Shown here piece by piece: positions 25,028 through 38,679 of a stretch of 64,000 bases of DNA. The position numbers and the translations under genes were made by a program. The notes beneath the pieces are model-generated. The model worked only from the letters and a program-made list of their open reading frames with translations. It ran no database searches and was not told the origin of the DNA. Each line of letters starts with the position of its first letter. Positions within the stretch are counted from its first letter, which is position 1. The DNA comes from Botryllus schlosseri (lineage: Eukaryota), in contig CM119371.1 of NCBI GenBank assembly GCA_051294905.1, positions 11,410,001 to 11,474,000 of the forward strand, given 5' to 3'.

Positions 25028-27392
25028 TTTCGCCAAGCTTGAGCAAGTAAGTCTGTGTCCGATTTATTTATTTATTTATAGTCATGCAAGTTTTCTCGGT
25101 TAGAAACATGAATGTGTGCGGCGAGTTCGAATCGCGGAAATAAATGAGGAATCGAAGTAGGGTTTTGGAAATTGATTACTAGTGGCGAGTTACTTAATCT
25201 AAAAGTACAGAGCGTGTTTGGAATTGCTTTTTTTAATGCAGTATTACGAGGTGTCGTGAAAATATTGAAATATGGCCCGTCCGCATGAGCTTTTCAAGAA
25301 CTAGAATGGATGAAAGCAGTTTCCAACAGTAACTATGTAAGAGCTACCTACAAGTGGTGCTGCGGAACGTGTAACTGAACGATTCATAGGTATGCCATCA
25401 CTGGAACTCGACACAGCGTGTGGTGATTCAGTTCCTTTTGACCACTAGTGGGTGTTTATACTGATCGCCTCTGATTACCTTCACGTCGGGACTATTCTGC
25501 GGTGTCGCTTCTGTTCGTTGTACATACGTTAACTCAGATACACAACCTTACTTTTATGTTATTAAAAGCCTAGGAGCCCATCGTATTGAGTTCTATCAAA
25601 GGGTACAACACAGCGTATATGATGCTGTCATGAAGATGAATCGATATGCAGACGTACGCATTGCACAACCACTCTAGCGAAGTTGTAATTGTTTGAGCCT
25701 TTCACCATTTCAAGTGAATAAAATGGTAACTTTACCGCTGATACGGCACTCCGAACTTTCTGCAGCTACCGACAAACCGTTACCATTCCATATTAGGCGC
25801 GATTCTAAGAAACATTTTTGCCGGTTCAGCCATTGGCTTGAAGGCAGAGAATACATTCACGTTACATTCCTTTTGAAACAGTGCAGCTTGATGTGTACTC
25901 CGGGTTGGCGATTCCTGGCAACTATTTATATAGTAGTTGATTCCCCTAAGACAGCGGTTCACAAACTGGGGGCGCGTCCCCCTTGGGGGCGTGAAAGCAT
26001 CTGAAGAGGGCGCGAAGCTGTGGTCAACTGAAAAAAAAACATTAGCCCTCTGCGCGATTTGCCTACAGTTCATAGTTATTGCTCAGCGTATAGTCCGAAT
26101 TCCATAGTAGAGAATTCTCTCATCATCAGTCATGATGAATTTCCATGTCATCAATCTATCCATCGGGATTGCCAGCATTCTGGTTGTATTTTGGGATATG
26201 ACGATAAGGAGACTACCGGACCACGGCCTAACGCAGAGATTCTGAACGGGGGCCCACGAATCATTTCAAGCGATCCGCGAAACCTCTAAATTTGCAACAT
26301 GACTGATAACAGTCTACTTTGGGATTTTGTCAGCTCTGAGGATTGATGATGTGAAGCAATCTCGCTTCATAACTGATAAAACTTTAGCAGAATGGCCGTT
26401 TTAGATAAGATATCTAGCCAACTCGTTTAACCGCCTGCTAGCAATTTAGTCATCGTCATCGGGTAATAATAAAGCAATAATTAATATTGCGTTTGTTGGG
26501 CTTTATCTATAAAAGTTGGTCGTCGGGAGATTCGTTATATTACATTTTGATTTTTATTCTCATTCGATAAAAGTCAATACATTGATTTGAGAATATAATA
26601 TTGTGACTTTTCAGTCGTTGCACAGCTGCGAAGGAACGCGAAATCCATACCTGTCATTTTCTCCATCAACTTAACTGTCCAGGGACTGTTCTTGGGACCG
26701 AGTACCGATGAATTAACGGCTCCAAGAGAGAGAGAGTCTTTATTTTCATCCAACCAAAATACATAACAAACGGCAGTGATGGTGGTACAGAAAATATGCA
26801 TGCACAGTATTCGGTATTAGATAGGAATGATCGATAAGACCGTGAAGGTCATCTAGTCTGATCACACCAGCATCAAACAGGTACACTTGACTTTGAACAG
26901 TCTGGCTGCAAAAAATGTTTAGTTAAAATAGGAAAATAGAATAAAAATTAAACGATGGTAGCAAATGATCAATGAAGCAATGTCTGGGCGAGGTAGGGCA
27001 ACAGGGAAAGTAGTTTCTTTTTATTGTGCATATCAACCTTAGAGGTATGATCAGTTTCTAGAGTTGCGTCTGAATAAATAGGCACGGCTTCACTGTTTAT
27101 GAGATACCAATGTGTTTTGTCGGAATAAATAACAATAAATCGTAAGCCAATACGTTAAAATCCGTCGTCGATGGATCATAAATGTAACGAAGTAGTTCCT
27201 AAGGACAGTATCATTCAGCGATGAAGAAATATGAAAGATAGTGCTATAGAAATGTATTTGAACAGATATCTCTGTTACGATTGTATAAACGCTACCAGCC
27301 ATCGGATTCAGATTATCAGTTCGTTCTATCACGAATGTCACGGTTTTCAGCCGGTTCTGTTGGAAAAAGTTGTTGATAAAGTAACCAGAAAT

Positions 27393-29074
27393 TAGGGATG
27401 GTGTGAACCCCTGAAAGTTTCGGGTTTGTCTGAACTGTATCCTTTTTGAAAGGTTCTGTGTGAACGCAAACGTGAACCTCATGACTTCACGGTAATTCCA
27501 ACCAGGACCGTAACAGCACTTCGTCGTTGAAATCACCGAAACGCACTTTGACTAAACTAATAACTAATAAAGTTATTATTCAGTCCCAAGTGGACGTTAA
27601 ATAGAGTGTAAAAGCTACCAAGGCCTTACGTTAAACAAAAAGAAGCACCCGATTTCAAATTGGTATTTCTTCACGGGCAACTAATTGTTCCCTGCGGGAT
27701 GGCATTTGTCTTGTGGGGTTCAGATTGCTTGGAATGGGAACATTCGGCGCCAGCCATTTAGCGCCTATATGGACAATTAAACATATATGTATTTATATCG
27801 AAGTTTTCAGTCAGCATAAGGGCAGTCCTTTTCGGCCAAGGTTTCTCGCTGCCGATCGTTCTGACCCACTTCTCGCATGTTACCGGGTCTAAAACTTCAT
27901 ATGTCTTGTTGCGTCGCGGCGCGATAATGGCCGACGCCGAAATGCCCATTTCTATAAATCATGCGTATTTTTTCTTGAGAAAGGGTACCCAACAATCAAC
28001 AAATCAGGAAGATTAAATCGCGCGCAATGCGAAAATTTTTTGAAAAAGTTGCATAAATTTAATAAAAAATACTCTATAATTCATGTTAATTCACGAAATA
28101 ATTTTGGGCCCCCTTCGAGCTTCCCCTCCCACTATTTGGGGGTTTGGGGTGCGGCAGTTACGGTCCTGATTCCAACCACACATTTCAATAATATTTTAAT
28201 TTAATATTAATGTACACGAGACCTCGCGACGGCTCAGACCGCATTATGCCACAATGCTGAAGTAGGCTACATGCTGAGATTTTAAACGTCACCAAATGTA
28301 TCAACTGAAGCAAAGGCTATAATAATCCCATAAAATCAAAATCTTTGGTCGCTTTGCCAACCATTTCGACCAGAACTTGCAAGGGAATATAAGCTTACGC
28401 ATGAACGGTCGAATCCAGACCGAACAATGTATTCGACGTCTGACTATTGCTACATCGATATTGAGCACAGCATAAGACGGGTTTCTATACTTGCTACCGG
28501 TGTTACCCCATAAACAAGTTATACAGTAGCCAACACCCCAATCGCACATATTTGGTCTTCATGGAACAATAAACATATTAAATCTAGTTGGATCCCGTAC
28601 GCCCACTGGATTCTTTTACCTTAGACATCGACGGACTCTTTATATTAATTTCAATGATCGGTTGAATAAGCATCATTCGCTGACTACCTAGTACCTACAT
28701 GTAGTGTATTTCGTTCGCGATGTTGTGTGATTGCGGGTGAAGCTCACAGCAGAGAGTCACTAAATATTCGCAATACGAAAGCTGAATATTTCGAGCAAAC
28801 CTTTGTAACAAAGCAATTAAACTTTTGACATTGGCAAGGTGAATGCTCTTTCATTCTTAATATTTTTATGCTGTCATCGCCTTGCATGCAGTGGTCCGAA
28901 GTTTAAAAGCAAAGAATTTAAGTCAATAATGATATAATGACGTGAAAAAATGTAATACATGAAAAAGGTTCACAGTGCAGAACCTACCAAGGTTCGTTTG
29001 TGAACGTGAACCTCTAACTTTCTAAGGTTCTCACCCAGAACGCGAACCTGAACCTCAAGTTCAAACCATCCCTA
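27393..29074. mobile_element. hAT-type element (GAACC repeats), nested in an older element 27296-29162
   Basis: TIR tagggatggt; TSD ccagaaat/ccagtaat; outer TIR atcggattcag. Confidence 0.75.
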
Positions 29075-29407
29075 CCAGTAATGCTATCCGGTTCGCAGGT
29101 CGCATAAAATTCAGTGAGACGGTTCTATAGATCCGGTATGAACCGGCTGAATCCGATCTCTGATCGTAACGTATCGACGAATCCCAACAATATCGTAAAT
29201 TCATATCACATACCTGGAGTCTGGTGAATAGTGTAATTAAACTGATTTCCAGCAACCACGTTAACGTTTGCGTTGACGAATTCCTGATTCACGTGGTGGC
29301 CTTGTGCCAACGCGCCTGTACCTTTCATGAAGTATATTATAATATTACAATTTACAATCACTCGTGTTTACATTGAAACTAGCGTGTTCTCAAGGTGGTG
29401 ATGACAC

Positions 29408-32012
29408 CAGTGTGGGGACGACTCGAGTCATGACTTTAATCGAATCAGATTCGAGTCCACTTTTTCAGATGACTTGACTCGAGTCAGTTTGAAAAAATGA
29501 CTTGACTTGTCTCGGCGTCTCAAAATTTTTCGAGTCATCCAGTAATCGGTGTCAACTAGTTCGCTCTACCTTACGTACATGTTTTCGACACCCTGATGTG
29601 ATGTGCGCGAGCAGCCAGCCATTCCACGATTGCACACTACACAGTGCACACTGCACAGCCTTGTTTCACTCAGCCTCTGTCGCTAAGCCGCAAATAAATT
29701 GACCGCAAAAGTATTGATTATAGCTTACGCCAGGGATTCTCAACCCGCGGCCCGCGGGCCGCATGCGCCCCGCAGACGTTTATTTTGCGGCCCGTGAGGT
29801 CTTTCATTATGAGCGCAATTATTACTGAGTGACACGGTATTTTTGCACATTAATTGAGCTGCTTAGATCTCATATCGCACCGTCTCTATTTCATTTGATT
29901 ACTCATTTTTGTTGTGTTCTGTTTTTTTGACATATGCTCGAGTTTAGATTGGTATGGACGGAAACAAGAACAAGGAAAGGGAAATTAAACGGCGAGAACT
30001 GAGTTTGTAACTCTGCGTGGAACAATTAATTTGCATTTTCAGATATAAATGGAAATCTGATGCGTCATACTTGACGAAAAACAGTTTTTCTAAGTCGTAA
30101 CGAAGCGTAGAAGCTTAAAACGATACCGCGACAGTTAAACAAATGTTAACTAGGTGTCAAGCAATCTATATTTCGAGGCATTGTAAAATTGCTGACGATG
30201 TTACATACACATCGTTCAAAATTGCAGGGTTAAACCCACAAAATCTGCTAGAGAAGGTGTGACTTCAATAAAACTCTGCGAGTATTTGCCGCAGCAACTT
30301 AGCAGCAATGACAACATTACCTGACATATGTCGAAGCTACAGTTGTTTGGTTCAACCTAGGCCAAAAAGAGTAACAGCAATGTCAGTCGATCATTTATAG
30401 AATGTTCTGAAACACGTTGTCTCGTAGACTACATTATCCTAGCATTGGAGGAATTCACCGACACAACAGACATTGCATAGCTATCTATCTGGGAGCCTTT
30501 TATCGGAGTGGACATATTTTCATAGAAAATACTGATTTGGCAAACGTGGGAAGGGGGACAGCGAAAAACATCAACTTGAAAAAGCTAACTTCTGTAACTG
30601 ATGGTGAAGGGCCTCCGCCATGGAATGAAAGTAGAAGGGTTGTTTGGTTTGCTCAGAAATGACCCCGAACGCTAAAGTTCTTCTGATATCACTGAGAGCT
30701 CAATGTGATAGTGGCCTTTGTCACGAAAAAGTTACCGTGATTTTATACATGCTCGCTCCAGCTCCCGCTTTGAAACAGAGAGTTCAGTTCTCTGTTGGAA
30801 CGGTTTAAAAGGTGCATACCGGCCCGAATACGACTGGTAAATAGGCTAGAGTAGCCTAATTTAATAGTAGCCCACAAATACATGGTAATAAATTTCTGCG
30901 GCCCGCAGCGTCATTTGCTGTTAAAATGCGGCCCGTTATACAGGGGAAGTTGAGAACCCCTGGCTTACGCTGTTGTAGACTAGTGGTATTTTATCTATGG
31001 GAGGGTCTAAGTATATCAACTGGCGCGAAGCGCAACGAAAATTCTGGGAATTACATGATTTTATGAAAATTAAATGTTGGTACCACGTGAAAACAGCCCC
31101 GAAATTCCTTAGGCTATCTTTCTTTTGAGGGGATTAAACTACTTCTACTTGACAAACTGAAAGTAGCGAAAAGTAAGTAAGTAGTTGACAAAATATTACA
31201 AAGTAGAAGTAGCGAAAAAAAAGGATCCACTTGAGTACGTAGCAGAAGTAGAGGAAAACTACTTGAGTACTTCGAAAAAGTAGAAGTACTTCGTTACTGA
31301 CCACCTCTTGAAATCAATAGGACGGTAATTTTTCCTTCAAGCTAGTGCTACATGTGTTAACAGTATTATACATACACACACGCTCGGCGTGACCGAATAA
31401 CTTGTAGATAATTATCTATATTTCACATGACGCAGAATTTCACTTCGAATGGATATAGATAGAAATCATTCTAAAAGACGTTGCTATATTCTTGATTGAA
31501 GTAGGTTGACGAGATCGTAAGTAGTTTAGGGCGAAGGGGCCGACTGTATTTTTTAGTAATCAGAACGCCAGATTGAGAGGTGGGGTCAGGCAACATATTA
31601 TTAAATCGAAGTTTGGAGTCGCGACCATAAAAAGGTTGGGACCCCTGGTATAGGTGGATAGTGTGTTGCATGATATCGATTTGTTCAAACTTTTTATTAT
31701 CTATTTGGCGGACAGTTACCAAGGTGGCCTAGTTATTCTACTTATATGTGAGCCATGAAACGTCCAATTGAAGATGTAATTAACTCAATTTCGTCAGGCA
31801 ATTCATAATTATGAGAAAATCAATCTGTAGGCTACTCCAATCATCTTGCGAAATGTAATGGCTCGAATCATGACTCGAACTTCTAAAATTCGACATGACT
31901 CTGGGACTTGACTCGAGCCACCTCCAAAAACCGAGTGACTTGACTCGAATCAAAATGGTCAATGACTCGAACAGACTTGAGACTCGAAGGTAGTGACTTG
32001 ATCCCTACTCTC
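29408..32012. mobile_element. Degenerate GACTT/GACTC-family hAT element with nested insertions
   Basis: Ends match 11432-12784. Confidence 0.7.
29731..30962 (+). mobile_element. Deleted Buster/GTF2IRD2-like hAT transposon
   Basis: TIR cagggattctcaac / gttgagaacccctg; TSD gcttacgc; decayed N-terminal coding remnant. Confidence 0.8.
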
Positions 32013-32249
32013 GTGAACACTAAGAGAAAACTACGCCACACTTCTATCATGGTGCCGACGTTGTGATTGCTGCTTCTTGCGCAGCTCTTTTGCTACATCT
32101 GCAGCCTAATAAATCGCTTATTGGTAGGATGACCACCATCCCGGTGATGGGAATTGATATTGAATAAACACAGAATTATAACATTACCGACTGTTGCGTC
32201 CCAGTAATCTTTAGGGCTCACGTCACCTAGGAAACTCTGGTGAACATAC

Positions 32250-32402
32250 CTCCCTCTCTATGCGATCTTCTCGCATTTTCATCTGCAGGTGTGCGCTCCA
32301 TCTCAGTAGCGGTTTCATAGATCTGATTTCCCCCTACAACATTGATGGTTGCGTTCGCAATGTTTTGTTGGACATAGTCGGCTTCGGCGAGGGCTGCGGA
32401 CC
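32250..32402 (-). CDS. Candidate N-terminal exon of the NLR gene (SAALAEADYVQQNIANATINVVGGNQIYE..REG)
   Basis: tttaaag| acceptor and GAG|gtatgt donor; 153 nt; only the phase-1 frame is open, which matches the phase-1 NACHT acceptor. Confidence 0.55.
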
Positions 32403-35314
32403 CTTTAAATAAGACAAAAATTCTGCTGAAATGATCTGCCCACAGATTAATATTTTAAATGACACACTTATGCCAAAATATATGGAGCTGCTGAAACCAA
32501 GTATCTCAGCTCCAAAAGTGATAATCCAATAGAAATTCGCCAATGATAAGTATCTTTGGCTCATTCAATTTCCATGTAGATACCTCCTGATATGCAGGAT
32601 TGCTGGAATTCCGAGGCACGTTATTTGAATACACTTGGTACACTAGTAAATGATGGGGCGCTTAAAAAGAAAGAACTAGCTGGTTCTTGGAGGTACAATG
32701 GTACATAACTTACACGCGGTCCGCGACAATATCTTGTACGGTCCGAGTCGGATTTTCGGATTTTCAGGATTCGACAATAGGCCTATTCAAGTGCCACGTA
32801 TATTTTTTCGATTTGAAAAGTAACAATTTACACAAATATTGCTCTTAAAACAGAAACTATACTCATTGAAATTTACTATCACATCCCATGTAGGAGGTTG
32901 CACGTCAAATGCCTGCTAGAGTGCTAGCTGCAAAATTACAACACTAAAGCTTTTATGACGACATCATGCATTTGTCCTCCGGATTGCTGTCTATATCTGA
33001 TGATTGTTTACTCTATACCAAGTAGAAATATAACAACAATTTTATTCAAATATTTATAAATGCGATTTTTTTTCGGGTCACGGGTGAATCGCTACAATAG
33101 TAAATCACAATTTTACGATGTGTGTAATAATCATCTGCATACACAGCTATTTGAAGCAACATATTTCTAGCGCCTCATCATGACCTTCCTTTTCTTTAGA
33201 CAGGCACTCTGTAGAATGTTTATTGTACATAGCCGCTGAATTCTGCCAAATTTGGCGGGAATGGAAATCGACAAATTCATATGTCTGTCAATGTCCTGAC
33301 AATATAATTTTGTTGCATATTGCTCAGGGGCGTACCTAGACGATAATAAATGTTGAGTGGGTGGGTCGATGGATGGATGAGTCTATATTACATCTATAGC
33401 CGGGAAATATTTCTTGAGCTCACAATTAAATGCTTCATTAAATAATATTCATTTCCGATGTCCTCACCATCGGGATCAAATCACGCTGTGCGTGTCCTGT
33501 GATTACCACAGATATACCACACGCTGCACCACCTGAACGAAGTCACAACCCATCACCATGAACGCTGTGATTCAACCTTGAACGACTAGATAATTATAAT
33601 TATCTAATTAAACTAATTATAGCGAAATGCCAGTAGTTTAAGTCTGATTTAATCTGTGAAATGTTTCTTTGCTCTAATTTTAATCCAAATATAAGTTCTG
33701 GTTTTCATGAAAATGCTCCAGGAGAACTGTATAGTGCAAAGTGCGGCAAACTTGCTGTACAGTGTACAAGTACATACATTTGCCGTTCTCATGCTTACGA
33801 GAATAAACTTTAATTAGATACCAACTGAACTTTAATCAATTCCATGTTTTTGCAACTTCAGTAATTCTAATTCTATTTTAATTTGGAAAATCCTGTGCAG
33901 CTATTAATAGAATTCTAGTCTAATATAAAAAACAGTGTAACCACAATTCCTATTCTAATCTAATTTCACAAAGGGAATCATATTCTAGATATCCAAATCT
34001 GCTGTCATATGCATCCGAAAACGCAAGGGTACGCACTTCTTCCTGCGTCATAAATGTGGTTATTTTGATGCCAGTTGATATCATTTTTAACCTTTGATGT
34101 TGGGATTTTGTATGCAGTACCTGATATATTGCCACAATCATCCATAATTTTATGAACAGGAAACTTTGACGGCGTGTTGGTCGTAGTGTAAATATATGTA
34201 TAAAAGAACAAACTGTATAAACGAAAAAGCATTGATTACACAGAAATGTGATTTATATGCAACAGTGTCAACTTATCAGACTATTTCCAGTAATTCTGTC
34301 AGCTACTGTTTTCAAGCCGGACGAACGTGAACCAGACGTCCTACCATTCTCAATTACGCGACACCTGTTTGTACGAAATATATCGCTGTATGGCTATGTC
34401 GCAGATGGCATAAATCGGACCCAGGACGAAAGATGAGCGCTGATATTGAATCTTGATTTGAGTCCAAAACTTGTATTCGATACGAGACATATACAAATGG
34501 TAGGGTCTCGCCTCTATCGATGGCATCATAAATTCAAACACAATGTCTCAGCGATAATAATCCGTCATCGTCAAAACATAAATAAACAATTGTATAATAT
34601 ACTTAATGTGGAAATAAACATGAATATTTTCAGTTGACTCTCGTCAGAAGTATTCGTTAGCAACTATATTAAACGATTGAAATGGACTTTGCATATCACA
34701 ACAATTGTATCAGCAAATATGAGATCATAGACTCGTAAAATTTGAATAATCGGGGCGAATAGATCGTGCAAGGTCCGGTCAATATACTATTTTTTTGATT
34801 GTACACAAAGTCCTTCTGTCGGCACAAAGTATAAAGGTTGGTGAGTATTGAGAAAAATCGACTACAAGGTACACAAATAAAATAATATACGGCCTCTCCC
34901 AACAACGCTAAATCTGTCGAGTCAATAAATTTTCGCACAAATTGAATTATCCATTTATTGCCCATGTGAAATTTGAAAAGGTAATTATTTTCCTAATTAC
35001 ATCCAGAATTTTATACTCGCTTTTACCGACTGTAATTGAATAAAACCTAAATGCAAAAACCTAACTTGCTTGCTATTCATATTGTACTGATGTTAATAAC
35101 TGGTTGACATTACTACTTTGGTACAATCGGATTTCTGTCTGGCATGAAATCGATTTACAATTTCCGCGTCTCTCTATACAGCCATCAATACTTGCGGACC
35201 TCGTAATAAATGGTTGCCAGAATTAGGAGTATCCGACACAATGAAAAACGATAGATCAGCATGTGACGCTTTAGCATGCGTCACTTTGGCATACGGTTTC
35301 ACAACGCCAAAACT

Positions 35315-35720
35315 TACCCTAACCCGCACCCTAACCCCGAAATCAACACTAATATATATCCTAACCCTAACCTAATCCTCACTCTAAACCGGGGGTCGGC
35401 AATCCCTAGCACGCGTGCCAATTGTGGCATGCGAGATGAATTCTTATGGCCCCCCAAATTATTATTATTATTATTATTATTCACATCAGTGGTGCTTATA
35501 GCCTGTTTAATGCTTTGTACACCATGGCATTACAAGTTATACAGTACCCTAACCCAATCCTCAGTCTAAACCGGGGGTCGGCAATCCCTTGCACGCGTGC
35601 CAATTGTGGCATGCGAGATGAATTCTTATGACCCGCCAAATTATTATTATTAATATTAACATCAGTGGCGCTTATAGCCTGTTTAGGGCTTTGTGCTCCA
35701 CGGCATTACAAGTTATACAG
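35315..35720. repeat. Two tandem ~200-bp units with CCCTAA-like and (TTA)n motifs
   Basis: Near-identical blocks at ~35360-35545 and 35547-35720. Confidence 0.8.
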
Positions 35721-36464
35721 TACAATGAATATGCATTTCTTCGTATCTTGAATGTTCGTTCTTGCACTCTCTCATGCACTCTTTTCGGGCAGTCTCTGTC
35801 ACGCGCACTTTATTATCGTCTCTTTTTGCTGCCGACTTACAACTCGGCACACTGTGACTGGGCTTTTCATGTCACTGCGACTGCAGTCAGAAATAGTTGT
35901 GGGAAAGCAGATGTTTGGATAACGGCAAGTTTTGAATAACACTTCCGGTCTTATCCATGTATATAGGCTATCCGAACGCCTTATCTCGTCAAAAGTATGG
36001 AATTTTCATCAACCAACGCGTGGTCAAGCCTGCATGGTTGACGATGTTGCAGCAGCGCATGCCGTCTGGGAACACCAAAGCCATACTTGTCATACTATAT
36101 GACTTGGCGTTTTATGACGTGCATTCGAGCTCATAGCAACGAATAGACCTGGTGGAAACGGGTTACTAATGTGTCCTTCCGTCATAACACGCACTCAGTA
36201 ATTTGAAACATAATGCGCGAACACGTATCAAGCGTGAAGCAGCGCGGAAGAGGCCTAGTTGCCCTACATAAAGAGTAAATTCTTGTGGATAAGCGGTACG
36301 TTACCACGGCATTGTGAGTCATGGCAATCTTAATCGCCTTGAGACAAGAAGATATTGTTCATTCTAAGTAGGCTACTATGCAAAGTACATTAATCACAAG
36401 AAAGCCTGTGGTAAACGATCGAGACAGCATCTTGTGGCGTGCGAAAATGGTGACGCTGCTATGA

Positions 36465-37587
36465 CAGTGTTGCCATATTTTTGTGAAGCAAATTCCGGAC
36501 ACTCTTTAGCGCCCACTAGCGGATTTTAAAATGAGTTGTAACATATCGACCGTCAATATGACGTCACACTAGCAAAGCATTGCCCATCGACTATATACAC
36601 TATACAGGAATGAAGTGGAACATAGGTCATGAATTGAGCCCTCTGTAATGTTAGCTCTGGTGATTGCTACTTGCTAGGGTTTGCAATAGATTCCTCCACG
36701 GGCCGGATGAAATCATCTGGCGGGTCGTGTCTGGCCTGTCAGGATTGTGTTTGACAGCCCTGCTATACAGTTAGGTCGGTGCGGCTATCTGCTCATGTGT
36801 TTTAATCAGGTCCGAAACAACATCCCCCCCCCTTCCGCCCAAAAAGCACTGATCTTGGGCCACCATAGGGTAGTCGAAGTAACTTGTTGGGCACGTACTA
36901 TATGCATTTGGCTGTTGAATTTTATGTATGAATTCTGTCAATAATATTGATTCTTCGATATATTAGGCTATATTATAAAATACACCAGCAGGTTGCACAT
37001 CCGGTGATTTCCAACCTTTTATGCTCGCGACCTCGTTTACCACTAGAAAATGTTCCGTGACAAAGCTCAAAACTTGTGAAGCTGATTACTAAAAAGATTC
37101 AGCTTGCACAAACTTACTTACGGCCTAGGAAGCTGATTACGTCCAACATCATCGCGATCTCCAGATAAAGGCGGTCGAGCCCTAGATTTGGAACCACTGT
37201 ATGTGATTGAAGCATCCAATCGGCTCTAACCAACTCTAGGAATATACCGTTAGCTTATAATTGCGATTACAATCAGACTTATTTCAGTAAATGATGGTTA
37301 TTTATATTTATTTTGATTGCATTTTTTGGCGAGGGTGGTGCCTGGAGCCCATATACTAATATCATTATACGTTGCATTATCTCGCGCGCGGCGCGAAGAA
37401 CAATTTTGAATAGCATAAATCTGCTTGAAAATAACATTGTTTATGTTGATTTACGGAGCCTTGGGAGCCTGCTTCAAGCCTCCGAAATTCCGGACATTTA
37501 GGCATAGTTTAGAAATTCCTCCCGGACGCAGATTTTTCGGTGAAATTCCGGATATGTCCGGGAAATTCCGGACGTATGGCAACCCTA
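36465..37587. mobile_element. Inverted copy of the 116-1035 hAT family with small nested MITEs
   Basis: Both ends match the reverse complement of 116-1035. Confidence 0.8.
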
Positions 37588-38679
37588 TGCTAGGCTGAAA
37601 TTCAAAAGTCCGTCCAATGGCGTACAATTCATGGATATCTAGATATAGCTGGTAAAAATTGTGCTTTGACAACAGAAGAGCCTTTTCGTGCGTTCGAAAG
37701 AACAATTGGTTTTGATTTCACTGGCATTGTTGTTTTACCACCGTAAAAATGATAGTGGAATGATTTATAATTCAGCTCGGGTACTTCGAGCAGTGTATAA
37801 ACGCGATAAATACCGCTCATATAAATCTCCTGATGCCATCACGAAGTAACTGCTTATGATAAATCCGTTTTTGTACTTTCATCAGATTTTGAAAGTTTCT
37901 TTAGAGTTACTTTTTCATTTATTTATTATTTTAGTTGACATCCAAATTACTCTATATCCAGACGCAAATTACAGGACAATGTACATGTTAGCCATTGATT
38001 ACCGGACCACGATCTGACAAATCGATCTCACCCTCAGTCACATGCTGCCTCATTTATCGCTTGTCCTTTTATGTTGTCTTATTATAGCTTTCATTCATTG
38101 TGCATGCCTACTCTTTACATTGCCTAGGCAAGGGGTGGGCAAACGTTTCAGCACACGGGTCGCATTCATCATCTGTATCCAGGGTTGTAATGACTCGAGT
38201 CAGACTCGAGTCACGATTTTTTTGTGACTCGACTTGACTCGAGTCATTTTCTTGAAATGAGAAAATGACTCGAATCGACTCGAGTCAATATTTGGATTGA
38301 CTCGACTTGTACTCGAGTCATTACGCATGACTCGACCCAAGTCATTGACTCGGCTTATTATATTGAAGATGAAGAAATTTGCAATTCGTAATGGCTAGAT
38401 CAATGCATCTGACGAATCCTGCCGCCATCGTTATTTGTCACCACTGCTTCCGATGCACTTGTCTGATATCAGATATGCCGTCGTAAAAACAACAGACAAT
38501 GATACATATTAGCAATGCATTGCACAAAATGATCCAGTAATGAAGGTGTAATAGATCCTCCGCAATCAAAGTACTCAAGACTTTTCAATTATACACGACT
38601 TTTCGATTATACAAGCAAACAATCGAAGCGAAGTTCAATTAGAGCCAATGCAATGACTCAGATTGTCAAGTGCTTGGAA

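Noticed and set aside
26660..26801. Additional phase-1 NLR exon ending at ACAG|gtatgg
   Set aside because: The donor is good but there is no credible acceptor or motif support.
32404..32564. Hydrophobic ORF as the transmembrane segment of the NLR
   Set aside because: Different frame from the candidate exon, and it overlaps that exon's T-rich acceptor region; probably intronic.
34291..34499. Plus-strand exon-like segment
   Set aside because: In-frame TGA, no recognisable homology and no partner exons.
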